A DNA stretch of 64,000 bases from Neoechinorhynchus agilis (Eukaryota > Animalia > Acanthocephala): positions 10,307,480 to 10,371,479 of the forward strand of contig CM121342.1 of assembly GCA_051530055.1 (NCBI GenBank), read 5' to 3'. Within the stretch, counting starts at the first letter, position 1. Each line of letters starts with the position of its first letter. The notes beneath the pieces were generated by a model. It saw only the letters and a list, made by a program, of their open reading frames with translations, had not been told where the DNA came from and did not search any database. Shown in pieces: positions 1-11,799 of this stretch. The position numbers and the translations under genes were made by a program.

Positions 1-111
1 ATGCTCTAGAAGTTCTCGTAACCTAGTGTTTTTGTGTTGCTATTTTAATCGAATCAAAAATCCAAATGCGCGTTCCTTTTTCTTAATTTAACTTTCTTAC
101 AGTGGGGATAT

Positions 112-708
112 TTATTGAAGTTCCGATTCGTTTCGGATATATTGCCCAACATCGGCCTGATTAAAGCAAACAACAGTCAGTGGATCAACGACGGATCTAC
201 ACTCCGTGGTAGATTTCGCTGCGACCCCAAAACCGAGAGGAGTATCGTTCATTGAAAAGACGACAACGCCATCATACTTTGGAATCGCTTCACTCAATCG
301 ACCGATCCCAGATCTCAGTGGATTCTGTCCATAAAGAAATTGCATTTGAGCGCTTTCTTTTAGCCAAATTTTGTTTTTGGCGTACGGTGCGATGATGTCC
401 AGAGCCGTCACATGAAGGTGAAACTTGCCGCTTTTAGTGAATTTGCCAATGCAAAGACCAAATGATTGAACTGATTTTCGAGGGAAAATTTGAGCTTTTT
501 TTATTAGATCGAGTCTGGAGTAATATACACGGTCTTTGTGAAGACGAAATCCATATTCTCCATCAGCCCGATCGATAAGCAATTTAATGTTATCACCAAT
601 GCTTAAGATAAGGAAACGTTTAATCAGAAAATCTTTAAGAACAAATACTCACAAAAATTTTATTTTCGAAAATACAGATTTCAATTCATCGTCGGTTAAA
701 GGACGCAT
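112..708 (-). CDS. NIP7: 60S ribosome biogenesis factor NIP7 (2 exons; 51-nt GT-AG intron 602-652)
   Basis: Exon 1 MRPLTDDELKSVF joins in frame to IGDNIKLLIDRADGEYGFRLHKDRVYY...LHVTALD...GFGVAAKST...QADVGQYIRNE, which is the NIP7 PUA-domain signature throughout. Confidence 0.95.
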
Positions 709-749
709 TTGGGAATTATGCACAACATTATTAATGGTTTAAAGAGAAG

Positions 750-1060
750 CTTCGCGAAACGGAAGAAATGGCGGTCATGACCGCTTTGTGGTTCCACTGA
801 AGACCGTAAAAGGACCAAATACAGGGACCTGAATCGAAATCATTATTTCGTTCCCTTTTGCGTCGAGGCACTCGGGTCGTTTGGTACCGCGGCGCAGGAC
901 CTGGTCAAAACAATTGTCTAAAAGATTGAGAAAAATAACTGGCGATCCGAGATCAGGAGCATTCCTTCTTTCAAAATATGGGGAACTTTTGCATCCGTCC
1001 TTTTGACCATTACACTAGGAAGGTAACTGAGTGATCTAAAGCGCTGGCGTGAATGTTTAC
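750..1060 (+). mobile_element. 3' fragment of an RLE-type (CRE-like) non-LTR retrotransposon, decayed
   Basis: Translates with frameshifts as EDRKRTKYRDL..YFVPFCVEALGSFGTAAQDLVKT..KRLRKITGDPRSGAFLL...ASVL, typical of the C-terminal restriction-like endonuclease region. Sister fragments at 10630 and 49890. Confidence 0.75.
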
Positions 1061-1107
1061 AAACTCTTTTTCTCTATTTTTGAAGACTGGCCAGCCGGCA
1101 ACTTTTA

Positions 1108-1434
1108 TTAAGTATCTATATGTGGCCTCACGGCTTATAATTTTCCTTGGGCCACACAGCCCACCGATCTGGTTCAGGGAAGCGTAAAAAATCACTCAAT
1201 ATCCCTCTGAACCAGAAGGTCATGAGTTTGTACATCCTGTGGATCCTCAGATACCTCCCGAGGAGGCGAGACTCATCAGTCGTTTCCTTTGGTTGTGCGT
1301 CATTGGCGGTAACGGATTCAAACCAGTCCGGAGGAATGTACAAACTCATGACCGTGTGGTTCAGCAGAGTATTAAGTCATTTTATGTGCTTCCCTGAACC
1401 ACATCCGCGCCAAAGGCCGCACATAGACACTTAA
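1108..1434. mobile_element. Foldback MITE (family A), TTAA-flanked, long internal inverted repeats
   Basis: TTAA at 1108-1111 and 1431-1434. Termini gtatctatatgtggcc / ggccgcacatagacac are inverted. Internal arms ggttcagggaagc...catgagtttgtacat pair with atgtacaaactcatg...gcttccctgaacc. Related copies at 29700, 30734, 44260 and 61585. Confidence 0.8.
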
Positions 1435-1992
1435 AAAAACTATTTTTGTTGAGAAATAAATAAGTTTAAAAATTAAGAATAGATTTTGAAGGAAAATAAC
1501 AGCATAAAAATATCTCTGATGTTTATCAATAATTTATTAAAAACATTTAAAATCCGAAATTACGCATTCAACATTTTTAACTAAAAGTCGGAACTAAAGA
1601 GTTCGTCGATTTTTCGGTAATAATGAAAAAATGGAACGTTGCCTTTTAATACCACTTCAATTTGTATTTTCTGGTTTGACCGTTGACCAATCGTGTCAAT
1701 AATTAATGTAGTCTAAGGCATGAATTGATGATTAATATGGAATTCCCATAATCTCGGATGGATGTCATTTTTGGCATATCATAAAAAGAATGTCCTTGAC
1801 TGTAAAGATAAACCCTTTTATTGATTTACATTTCAAGGTCATTACATCCAACTATAAATGGCGATTTGTTGAAATATCACAGAAAATCGACTTTTTAATA
1901 TTATACTGAAATTTCTAAATAAAATCACTTTTAATTTTTTCAACTAGACGTGTATAAAAGGAACAACGTTCTCCGTTCAAGCGTTATTTTTC

Positions 1993-2379
1993 ATGGTGAT
2001 TCGTCTTCTGTTATGCTGCGTTTTTGTCATTGTTTTAAGTAAGTCAATAATAGATACACAAAGGTCTGAAAATAAGTGTTTAGATTTTACGAACATTATA
2101 GGATACCTTCGTGAAGAAGCTCGAGGTTCAGGCAATTTTCTAAGGGGCAGCAAGATGAAAAGTGAGCTAAAGATTTTTAAGAACCCGAAATTGATCAGTT
2201 TAGTCGATGTACCAATCTGCGCCGAAGTGATTTCGCCGCGTTCATCGCCAACAACGTACATCCGCGACCCAATAATTGTCAGGATTTTGATTGTGGTGTG
2301 GGGTTTGGTAGTGGTTTTATCAATTCTGATTGCTATTCTGTGCCTTTTTATAAGACGCAGACGTCGTTTATCTTCTTAA
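1993..2379 (+). CDS. Small type I single-pass membrane protein, unknown function
   Basis: 128-aa ATG-initiated ORF with a hydrophobic N-terminal signal-like segment, one TM helix (IIVRILIVVWGLVVVLSILIAILCLFI) and a stop-transfer RRRRR. No family recognised. Confidence 0.55.
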   Translation: MVIRLLLCCVFVIVLSKSIIDTQRSENKCLDFTNIIGYLREEARGSGNFLRGSKMKSELKIFKNPKLISLVDVPICAEVISPRSSPTTYIRDPIIVRILIVVWGLVVVLSILIAILCLFIRRRRRLSS

Positions 2380-2869
2380 TAAAACTAATTTTCGAGCTTC
2401 ATAGTTGTTTAAAAACATAATTGGTTAATAAACGTAAATAATCTATATCCAAACAGGATTTAGTTATGACTTAAAGAATGCCGAACTTCTTTTTCATACT
2501 TGGTGAATCACGATGACGCCTAAGACTCTATTCTCTCTTGAATAATTATATTCAAATTTTTGTTCATTGGTCCGATTTATCATCCCGAATAATATCCTTC
2601 TGGCATTTTTTGTTCTCTTTCTTTTGCAAACTTTTAGATGGTTGATTTTCACACAAACTCCAATCTATAATCACTTTTCTGTTGACACATTTAATCAATT
2701 TAATATTTGATTCGCCGTTAAAGTATGTGAGGCATTTCATTAAACATTCATTTATTGGTGCACATCACCCATTTACAAAGTTATTACTTTTAATTCTTTC
2801 CTTTGAAGTTCATTCGGTTTTTAGCTTGTTTTGCGTTATCCAGTATTGTTGCCATTATCACTACTGTTG

Positions 2870-3688
2870 CGTTTGACCACCTTCTGAAGGGAAAATACAT
2901 GAAAGACCATGATCGATTGCTGGACGGCTGTTCTTGCTACGTTCAGAGCCGTACGCTGGCCTACAGAAAAGATCTTCAGGCGGCGAAGGAAAGCTTAGCT
3001 ATACGCTCCTCGCGAACTCACCGCGAGCCCAATATAGGAGACTTTATGTAAATAAACATTAAGATGTCGGGTCACTACCGGAACAATTCGACGTACTTTT
3101 CATCTTGCCCTTCATGACAACTTCCGCACGGTGTCGTCCTGTTTCATAGTAGATTGCAACGTCCGCAATATAATACACCTTTCTTGAGTTCTTGTCGCTC
3201 AATATGTGATCGAGTTTCAATCGATCAAGGAAACGGGTATGCTCCCTACACCGATATTTCGCTCCCGGGCCCTTAGCCAATGTCCACGTAAGACGCAATA
3301 GCACCTTGCCATGGTTTCGGGTCATTGCGGGACAAGTGTAGTCACATCCAATGAGAATATGAGCACAAAATATAACCGATGCGGTAGAACGCCGACATAC
3401 TTTACAGCGCTGATGGTCCATTCGACTCAGAAAGGAACAAATCTCTAGGAATTGGAATCGCGATTTTATGTGATCCACGTACGAACGGTAACGATCATGG
3501 CGGTAACGAAACGTTATTATACTGCGATCAACCAATCCTTTTGTAAAGCACTCAATTACTTGCAATTGCGTTGTCGCATCTCTCCATGTTTCTACGCAGT
3601 AATTATGGAAAGCACTGTTTGGAGAGATTTTACGCAGTTCACGTAGACGACCAAACTTGTCTGCCGTGGTACTTGATAAAGCATTCAA
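2870..3688 (-). mobile_element. 3' fragment of an R2/NeSL-like RLE non-LTR retrotransposon, frameshifted
   Basis: Zinc-knuckle-like CKVCRR...AHILIGC...RNH followed by RLE-like LKLDHILSDKNSRKVYYIADVAIYYE. After frameshifts it reads EKYVEL and LAVSSRGAY. Confidence 0.65.
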
Positions 3689-3989
3689 GCAAATTTTGTT
3701 GATTCACAAAGAAGAGGACCCATGTACCATTGGGTACTCATAAAGACACAGATATCTTTTTTGTATGTCCGTTCGTGGGGATGTCCGGTCTGGAGATGCC
3801 CGTTTTAGTGGGAATTTCCGGTCGGGGATGTCCTTTCGGGTGGGAATATCAGGTTTTGTTATGTCGATATGTAAGGTATCGGGGAATGTGATGTTCGTTC
3901 TCGTGGGAATTGTAGGATATTGTTTGCAGGAGCGTTTGTAAGGTTCGTCTTACCTCAGAATCATTTCAGGTTATGGTATCCGAGAAGAT

Positions 3990-6480
3990 TGGGCAGCATG
4001 GAAAAAGGAGCGTAGGTCTAGAGAGGTAAGAGGTCAAGAGAGGATGAAAAGAATTAGGATTACGAGTGTTGTGCTCGTGTTAAAAGGAAGCGAAATGTGG
4101 AAGAAATTGTGGTGGTAGGCTTGAGAGGCGTTTTGATTGTTCAATGAAAATAGCATCAAGGCATTCGGTGAGAGGAGGAAGTCAGATGTACAAAATTTAG
4201 ATGCTCTTGTGAAGAATTTCAAGACGGCGGATTAGCGATTTAGAAACGTTGCAAAATACGGGGTAAGCGTAGGTGAGAGATGGAAGCGATTCCTAAATGT
4301 CGGAGGCGCTTGAGGAGATGAATTTTAAAAGTATTGCGCTTGAGGGAGAGAGTGATGTGCGAGTCCCATTTCAAGTTTGATTGAAATTGGATACCCAGAA
4401 TTCTTCGAGAGGTTACTCGCGGGATGTCACTTAGAAGCTCTGAGGATGATGTGGGGTTGCGGGAGAGAGGGGATCATTTCGAAGCATTTAGAGAAATTGA
4501 GATGGAGTTTGTAATCAGTGCAGAAATTTTTTATGTGTGTGCCTTCTTTGGAGGTTAAAGAAAGGGAGAGGTGGGGTGGTGAATGGGTGACATCGTGGCG
4601 TATAAGAGTTTAGAGTGAGAGGAGAGAGGTTTGAAGTGGTTTAGGAAAATATTAAAGATAAGTGGTGACAGTACCTTGAGGTACGCCTTTGGAGAGGGAT
4701 AGACCGATAGAAAAGGTAGAACGGCAGTGAATGTACTGTTTGCGATTGTAAAGATAAGAATCGAGCCAGCGGATCTGCCACAAGTTGAGACCAAAATCGG
4801 AGCAGGCCCGGAGAAGGAGGGAATGGTCCACTGAGTCGAAAGCCTTAGATAAATAAAGTTGAATGAGACGGGTTACATGGGAGGGATTATTGTCGATGTT
4901 ACGTAGAAGCGTGTCATAAATGCAAAGTAGGGCATCGGTTGCAGAAAATCTGAGTCGGAAGCCAAAATTGTAGGGGCGATAACTTTTCGTGAAGAAGTGA
5001 AGGAAGACGAGATTTTAAACATTTTTCGATGACTTTTGAAAGGGCGGGTAGAATGGAAATTGGAGGGAATGATTCGGCCGAAATAGGATGCCCTTTTTTG
5101 AAAAGAGTATACATTGGCAGTTTTCAGACAAGGGAGGTTGACAAAAGTGTCATGTGTGGGCGTGAAAAATTGTGTGGTGACTGATGTTGATCAGTGATTG
5201 TAAATTGTGTCAGGGCAGAGGTTCTCATTAATGGAATCTAGAACCTGTGTTAATTCAGTGGAGGACAAATTAGGGAAAGGATCCAGGTGGCGTAGACCGT
5301 TAAATTGCCACCTGATCGAATTTTAGAAGAAAGGAAGTTTTTGCGGGCGATAAGTATTTTATTCGTAAGTATTTTTGTAAACGGGGAGAGTCTGGAAAGC
5401 TATTGCAATGGACCTTAGAAACTTGCCTATGTAGAAGTTTCAGAATTGGGGTTATCCATGGATGGTCGCGGTCGGAGATCCTAATGAAATTCTTGGGAAT
5501 TGCCGAAGCTAGGGAATTTTCTATGATTGAGGTTAGGGAGCACATGGCCAAGGAAGGGTCGTTTGTGTTGTCAGAATGGGATGTGCGGATGTTAGAGTTG
5601 AATAATTTTATAAAATTTTGGACGTGATGATCACGTTTATCCCAGACAGGAAAACGGGGAGATTTCATACGCTGAGGTGGGGTGGAGATAATGATAAGGG
5701 CAGAGGAATGGTCAGAGTTCGCGGGGGAGAGAGTTTAGAGGCGGATGAGTAGGACTCGATATTTGTGAACAATTTGTCGAGGTGAGTGTCAAGACGAGTT
5801 GGGAAGTCAAGAAATGCTGAGAATTTGTGGAATTTATGAGCTCTACCATAGAGTCAATTTGGAGCAAAGAGGACTCAGGTCGAGAGGCCGGAGGGCGTTA
5901 GACGCCAGCAATGTTGAACTCTCCAAGGCCGTTTCTCAGAGGAGCTATTAAATGCATTGCGATGAATTCTAGAGCCCGTGAGAGATAAAGAGTATGGTAG
6001 TGATTGACGAACGAAAATTGAGATCGCAGTACTTATGGAAGGAAGAGTACCCGGGAAGGATGGCGAAATCGCTGTGTATGGAGGTCAGCCATGTTTAAGT
6101 TAAGACGATTACGTCGGCCTTTGAAGTATATGAAATAATTGATACTTCATCAAGTTTAGGGAAAAGGCGTCGAGTGCTAGAATAGAGTAACATTGGATGT
6201 GGAAATGAGGGAGATTGGGGTTGCTTTTGGTTGTAGTGGATGATAAAGTAAGGGAGGAACTAATTCAAGTTTTCGATATCGATAGCGAATCGAAAATTTG
6301 TTTTGGGAAGAGTGATTCACAATGATAGGAACGAGTTTTGAGTGGAGAATTAATGTGGTCAGGGGGAGAATGGTGTTTAATGTGGATGGGCTGCGTGATT
6401 GCTCTTGATGGTTTTTTCGGGCGCCTTTGGATACGCACATAGTCAAAGAAGTTTGGGAGTCGGTTACTTTTCGAGTTTTT
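3990..6480 (-). mobile_element. Decayed CR1/L2-like LINE (APE endonuclease + RT remnants)
   Basis: TLFKKGHPISAESFPPISILPALSKVIEKCLKSRL..LSPLQF (RT start), VLSPLIFNIFLN..LLYA (RT core), and an APE-like region ending DRDHPWITP. Many stops and frameshifts. Near-identical in part to 59900-60560. Confidence 0.85.
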
Positions 6481-6770
6481 AAGATGTGAAAGATGCTTTA
6501 GGGTATTAATTAAAAGCGAAGGTTTATCTGGAAGGAATGGTCAACATTATGGAAGGGAACAAAGCAAACATTTCCCTTCAATTACCCCTTTAGTTAGCCT
6601 AAATGCATCCAGGGAGCGAGTCAAACGAACACTAATTTCTTGTGAGGATGACCTTACGTGCTTATTTTTAGGTTAGAATAAAAAATTATCGATACAATCA
6701 GTCGATACTTACACATTCGCCCTTAACGCGATCCTTTCGGTTGTACCCGAATGCCACCCTCAACGGAATC

Positions 6771-7712
6771 AATCTTTACTATAAATTAGTAAATCGCTTG
6801 TTAACCATGGTATCACCCGAATGTTCCATTTATTCCAAATCGAATTCGCATTCCGCTGATTTAAGTATCGTGCAATAAATCTTTACTATAAATTAGTAAA
6901 TGGCTTGTTAACCATGGTATCACCCGAATATTCCATTTATTCCAAATCGAATTCGCATTCCGCTGATTTAAATATCGTGGAATCAATCTTTACTATAAAT
7001 TAGTAAATGGCTTGTTAACCATGGTATCACCCGAATATTCCATTTATTCCAAATCGAATTCGCATTCCGCTGATTTAAGTATCGTGGAATCAATCTTTAC
7101 TATAAATTAGTAAATGGCTTGTTAACCATGGTATCACCCGAATATTCCATTTATTCCAAATCGAATTCGCATTCCGCTGATTTATATCGAATCTTTACTA
7201 TAAATTAGTAAATGGCTTGTTAACCATGGTATCACCCGAATATTCCATTTATTCCAAATCGAATTCGCATTCCGCTGATTTAAATATCGTGGAATCAATC
7301 TTTACTATAAATTAGTAAATGGCTTGTTAACCATGGTATCACCCGAATATTCCATTTATTCCAAATCGAATTCGCATTCCGCTGATTTAAGTATCGTGGA
7401 ATCAATCTTTACTATAAATTAGTAAATGGCTTGTTAACCATGGTATCACCCGAATATTCCATTTATTCCAAATCGAATTCGCATTCCGCTGATTTAAGTA
7501 TCGTGCAATAAATCTTTACTATAAATTAGTAAATGGCTTGTTAACCATGGTATCACCCGAATGTTCCATTTATTCCAAATCGAATTCGCATTCCGCTGAT
7601 TTAAGTATCGTGGAATCAATCTTTACTATAAATTAGTAAATGGCTTGTTAATCATTTGTGCCTCCCGAATATTCCATTCTTTCCAAATCGAATTAGCATT
7701 CCGCTGATTTGA
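6771..7712. repeat. Tandem array, 107-bp unit, about 9 copies
   Basis: Unit aatctttactataaattagtaaatggcttgttaaccatgg... starts at 6771, 6878, 6985, 7092, 7190 (preceding unit 9 bp short), 7297, 7404, 7511 and 7618 (last copy degenerate). Confidence 0.97.
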
Positions 7713-8192
7713 ATGTTGTGAAGGCCAAAACCTTTAATGTTCATGCTTGAATTATAGCGGTGGTTAAATTTGATAATATCATAAGTAACTTATTGAACAC
7801 GCCAGTAGTTTTTTCACAATAGCGCTTCTTCGCTACAATGCATGTAATAAATGAATCAACATCATTTTTACTTCTTTGGTTTAGAAATATAAACCACGAT
7901 TAAATAATGCATTTAAGCGTTCATTGTGAGCTTATTGACGTCCAAAAGCTACATCGGCTCCTGCCTACTCAATGCCTTTTCATAGTAGCCTCCATGCCAA
8001 CTTGAATTATGCTCTTGTCTATTGTCGATTTATTTCATTTAGAGAGCGGACTGTCACAAATAATCTAAAAAATAACCGGATTCGTATGCATAAGCCGATT
8101 ATGGTGATACCGATGCTCAATTATCTAAAACGTTCACCCATTTCCCTCGCGTAGTTCAACCAAAAACTTTCTAAAATGCGTTAACGTTTATC

Positions 8193-10467
8193 TCACATAA
8201 CGGTATCGTCCGAATCATCAGAGTCGTCTTCGTCCTCTTCGATAATCTGTTGAGTATATGCCAGTCGCTGCTTCTCTTCTGAGACAGCAAGATCCTCATA
8301 ATACTTTTTAGGAGGAAATCTAAGAGCCTCGACACACTTTCTGTAAGTATAGAGACAAAATCTTATCCGAGGTCTAAATATTCTATAAGGTTCCAAACTC
8401 GAATATACGTCTCCACTTGTTTCGGTCATGAGTACACTATTATCGTGATCTATTTTACCACTAACCAGATTGTTTCGTATGGCCTTGGCTACCATCAACT
8501 CAGCTTCGACGGCTGAATCGATCTGTAGCTTCCGAGCAACGTCTTCCATACTAATTTTGGAATATGCTAGACCGATATTTCGAATTCCGGATCGAATCAC
8601 GTTGTGGCGAAGCCTGAAAACACGGGTAACGTAGTGTATTCAAAATGATTTCATCACAAAAACGGCTTGAAAATCAAACAGTATATTATGAAAAGTGAAA
8701 TGACTTTTTGTAACTACGAAACAAACTTTTATTGGTCAAAAATATCGATTAGAGGATTCACTAAAAATTCACTTCTCGGTATTATAGAATGGAAGATCGC
8801 TTCAATGTACACAAATTGGTTGTATTTCATTCAAATGACCAAAAATAAAAGGCGAAAATATCAACAGCTGACTGAGGCAGTGACGAATATTTTATTAAGC
8901 GAAATTAGAATGACAACAACAGCAATTTTATGGTGGAAAATTTCGAATTTGCTTTCTCATTTTCGATCTTTACTTCCGCTTTAGCTGAAAATTCAATTAC
9001 GTTTTACTGAAACGGTTAGAAGATTAGCTCCCAATCGAATCTTTGTGTAAACTCAGAAATCTCTCGACTCTTAATACCGACCTGATTATAAGAAATGCCG
9101 TCTCATCTGAGACAAATTGACTTTGATGTTTTTCCCATACGCTATTGAACTCCCCAATGGATCCACGTCTCACAGAAAGAACCAATTGGAAATAAGGTCG
9201 TAGACTTTTGATCATTTGTTTGTGTCTAAATATGTTTTTCTCGGGAATTTCGCTAAGTAAAAGTCTCACGACAATGAGAAACTTTGTAACCTAACAAAAG
9301 ACTTAAATGATTTAGTATCGAGTTCAAGACTAACCATTTGTCTAAATCCAATAGAGCCATGTTCCGGCGCTTTTTGTAAAGCACATTGAAGGGCATCATA
9401 GGAAGCCGTGTATTCAAGGCGGACAGCCTTTACGCGACCAACATAAAAGAGATACCTCGCTGCTTGACCATTGGACGCTTGATGGGGGAATTTCTGTCGT
9501 ACAACCAGTTTTTCAGCCAATTCAAAAGCCGATTGTCGAATATATTGACGAAGTAGCAAATTAAGAACCATAGCGACACCTTCATGGTCACAATGTTGTT
9601 CACAAGCTTTAAGTCTTACAAACAACATTTGCCGATAATCCCTAAACGTTTTGTCGGACTTCGATTGTTCAGCAAAGAAACACATATAAAATACGACACG
9701 AGAAGTTAGAAGGTCAAGAGTTCTTCTATTGTATTTTATTAGATTATTGTATACTTGTTCGGCTACCGCATGAGCTTGGTCAACGCCTCGATTGTTGCGA
9801 ACGAACAGGATAATCAAAAGACAAATATATGCTTCGACTTCAATGTAAACCTCAGGTCTTACACGACGGACAGTTCAGAAAAAAGAGAGCTTTAGGTATT
9901 CAAAAAATACTAAAAACAAAATCGAAACGTCGTTCGAAACTGATACAAATGAGATTTTAGAAATTGGCAAGAGGTGAAATATCAGGGAATTAAATTAGTG
10001 AATTTTTGGATCCGGCGAGGGAAAACAAGTGGATTTAGGCGCGTAACCGAACAGTCCGAATACGCTATCATCCGAAGCAACAAATCTCGGTCGCTTCGTC
10101 TTGCTTTGATCGCCATCTTCTTCACTAGGATTTTCGGGAGCCAAAAGTTGAAGAAGTGATGAACAGCGAGGATGACCCGGTCTAAACATCTTATGGATTG
10201 CCTCAGACAATATCCGCTCAGTGAGACGAGATCTCAAGAGTGGAATTGAGCAAAGAACACGCCAAATATATCTTTCTTCTTTAGTATAAACGGCTTTTTC
10301 CAAAGATCGAATATGATCCCAAATCTCTAAAAACGAATTGCATTAAATTTTAAACTATGATAAAACTCACGTTTTATCGTTGATTCCACTTGAGGACGAG
10401 AATCATTCACCTGATCCACCTCCATTGGGGACTCAGGACTAACATCCCTAGAAACTTCAGTCGTCAT
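8193..10467 (-). CDS. PSMD3: 26S proteasome non-ATPase regulatory subunit 3 (Rpn3), 5 exons
   Basis: AVYTKEERYIWRVL, IEVEAY, NRRTLDLL, QAARYLFYVGRVKAVRLEY, KAPEHGSIGFRQM|VTKFLIVVRLLLSEIP, FLIIR|LRHNVIRSG, ALRFPPK. GT-AG junctions restore the frame. Confidence 0.95.
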
Positions 10468-10629
10468 TTTTTTTCGATTTAAACTGCTGCTTATTGCAGT
10501 ACACGGAGTTTTCGTGGAAATAAAGACGGAAGAAAGACGGTGACGTATAAACGGAATTATTTATTTTGATCGTTGAAGCATTTGAGCGAAAAATTATGGA
10601 AATCATCGGTTTTTAACTCTTTTTGTGCT

Positions 10630-10730
10630 TCGCAACACAAGGGAACGCTGCATCCGTCCTTTCGACCTTTACACCAGGACGGCTCCGGAGTGATCTAGAA
10701 CGGTGGTGTAAAAGATTACATGTCTGAAAA
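10630..10730 (+). mobile_element. Short 3'-end fragment of the CRE-like RLE element with A-rich tail
   Basis: QGNAASVLSTFTPGRLRSDLERWCKRLHV* then aaaaaaaaa. Matches 990-1060 and 49890-49990. Confidence 0.7.
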
Positions 10731-10872
10731 AAAAACACAGTAAAAACTGTTTTTATTAAAAACATGAATTTTATTAATTCGAACATGCGTAATGTATTTT
10801 TTTGAGAAAATGAATTATTCCTAAGAATAGAGCATAATAGCGTGAATCGCTTCTTGATTTTCCAGGCGCATG

Positions 10873-11040
10873 TCTTAATTTTAATTTGACACAGATACGA
10901 CCTAGAATTTATTTGTCTAGCTTTTGCTGTTAGACGGCTACAAAACAATTGCCCAGTTGAAGCCGTCTAACGGCGAAAGCTAGACAAATAAATAAACTAT
11001 ATCTGGGTCGTATTTGTCAAATTAAATTAAAATTAAGAAT
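10873..11040. repeat. Foldback (palindromic) element
   Basis: Arms tcttaattttaatttgacacagatacgacc...tttgtctagcttt.gctgttagacggct pair with agccgtctaacggcgaaagctagacaaa...ggtcgtatttgtcaaattaaattaaaattaaga. Confidence 0.8.
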
Positions 11041-11403
11041 AGAGCTATATTCCCTTTTTTCTTTGCATATTGATATCGAAAACAATTGAAAAAATACTTT
11101 TTAGATTTCAAAAATTGAACATGATGTTGGAAATTAAACAATTTCCCAGGTTTCAAGAAATTCTTAATGTTTTTTTCGGCAGTTTTTGACACTGATTGCT
11201 TAAATTTACAAACATAATGACGATAATGAGAGAAATAAATTGAAAAGTCGGTTTCTTATTTTTTTTAGCAAGTCCTTGCACTAATCACTGAAAACTAATT
11301 TAGTAACTCACGTTCATCACCTACTCATTTAAGCACTTTAAAACAGTGCATCTCTTATGCAAAAGTTAATTTAAATCGAGTTTACGAGATTTCAAGTTTT
11401 TAG

Positions 11404-11799
11404 ATGGGTAAAAGGAGCAGGAATTCGTCGTCCGCCGCTGAAGTGATTATGCACCCTCGAAGTCGAAAAGCTAAGAAGGTGATAAGTGCACATTTTCGGA
11501 AAGAGAAAGTTGCTACCAAGAAGGCGATTCATGCTCATAAAAAACTATTAATGGTAGAACGCTGTAGATATTTTAAACGGTTTTTGGAACACAATGATCG
11601 AGTCCCATTGAGTCGACCGAAGCTTAAGCAGTTGGCGAAGAAAGGCATTGAGAGTTTTGGATCGAATTACATGTTTCGAGAATTAAATAAGGGCGATTTC
11701 GTTGTACCAGATCTGTGCTCGGATGAAGGCATTCGGAAACTTCTTAATTGGAACGAGACAATCGAAAGTCTTGGAGGGCTTATTGTGACAACGGTGTGA
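11404..11799 (+). CDS. TMA16: Translation machinery-associated protein 16, shortened and intronless
   Basis: VIMHPRSRKAKKV near the N-terminus and VVPDL...IRKLLNW near the C-terminus match TMA16 motifs (HPxSRKA; xPDl..W). Central part appears about 30 aa shorter than the recalled human protein. Confidence 0.8.
   Translation: MGKRSRNSSSAAEVIMHPRSRKAKKVISAHFRKEKVATKKAIHAHKKLLMVERCRYFKRFLEHNDRVPLSRPKLKQLAKKGIESFGSNYMFRELNKGDFVVPDLCSDEGIRKLLNWNETIESLGGLIVTTV

Noticed and set aside
796-825. CTGAAGACCGTAAAAGGACCAAA resembling a hammerhead core
   Set aside because: GAAA is CAAA here, and the sequence is explained as RLE coding sequence (EDRKRTKY).
3760-3930. Short G-rich repeats (gggatgtcc-like) between the RLE and LINE remnants
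   Set aside because: Few, irregular copies at a junction of dead elements, with no further evidence of function.
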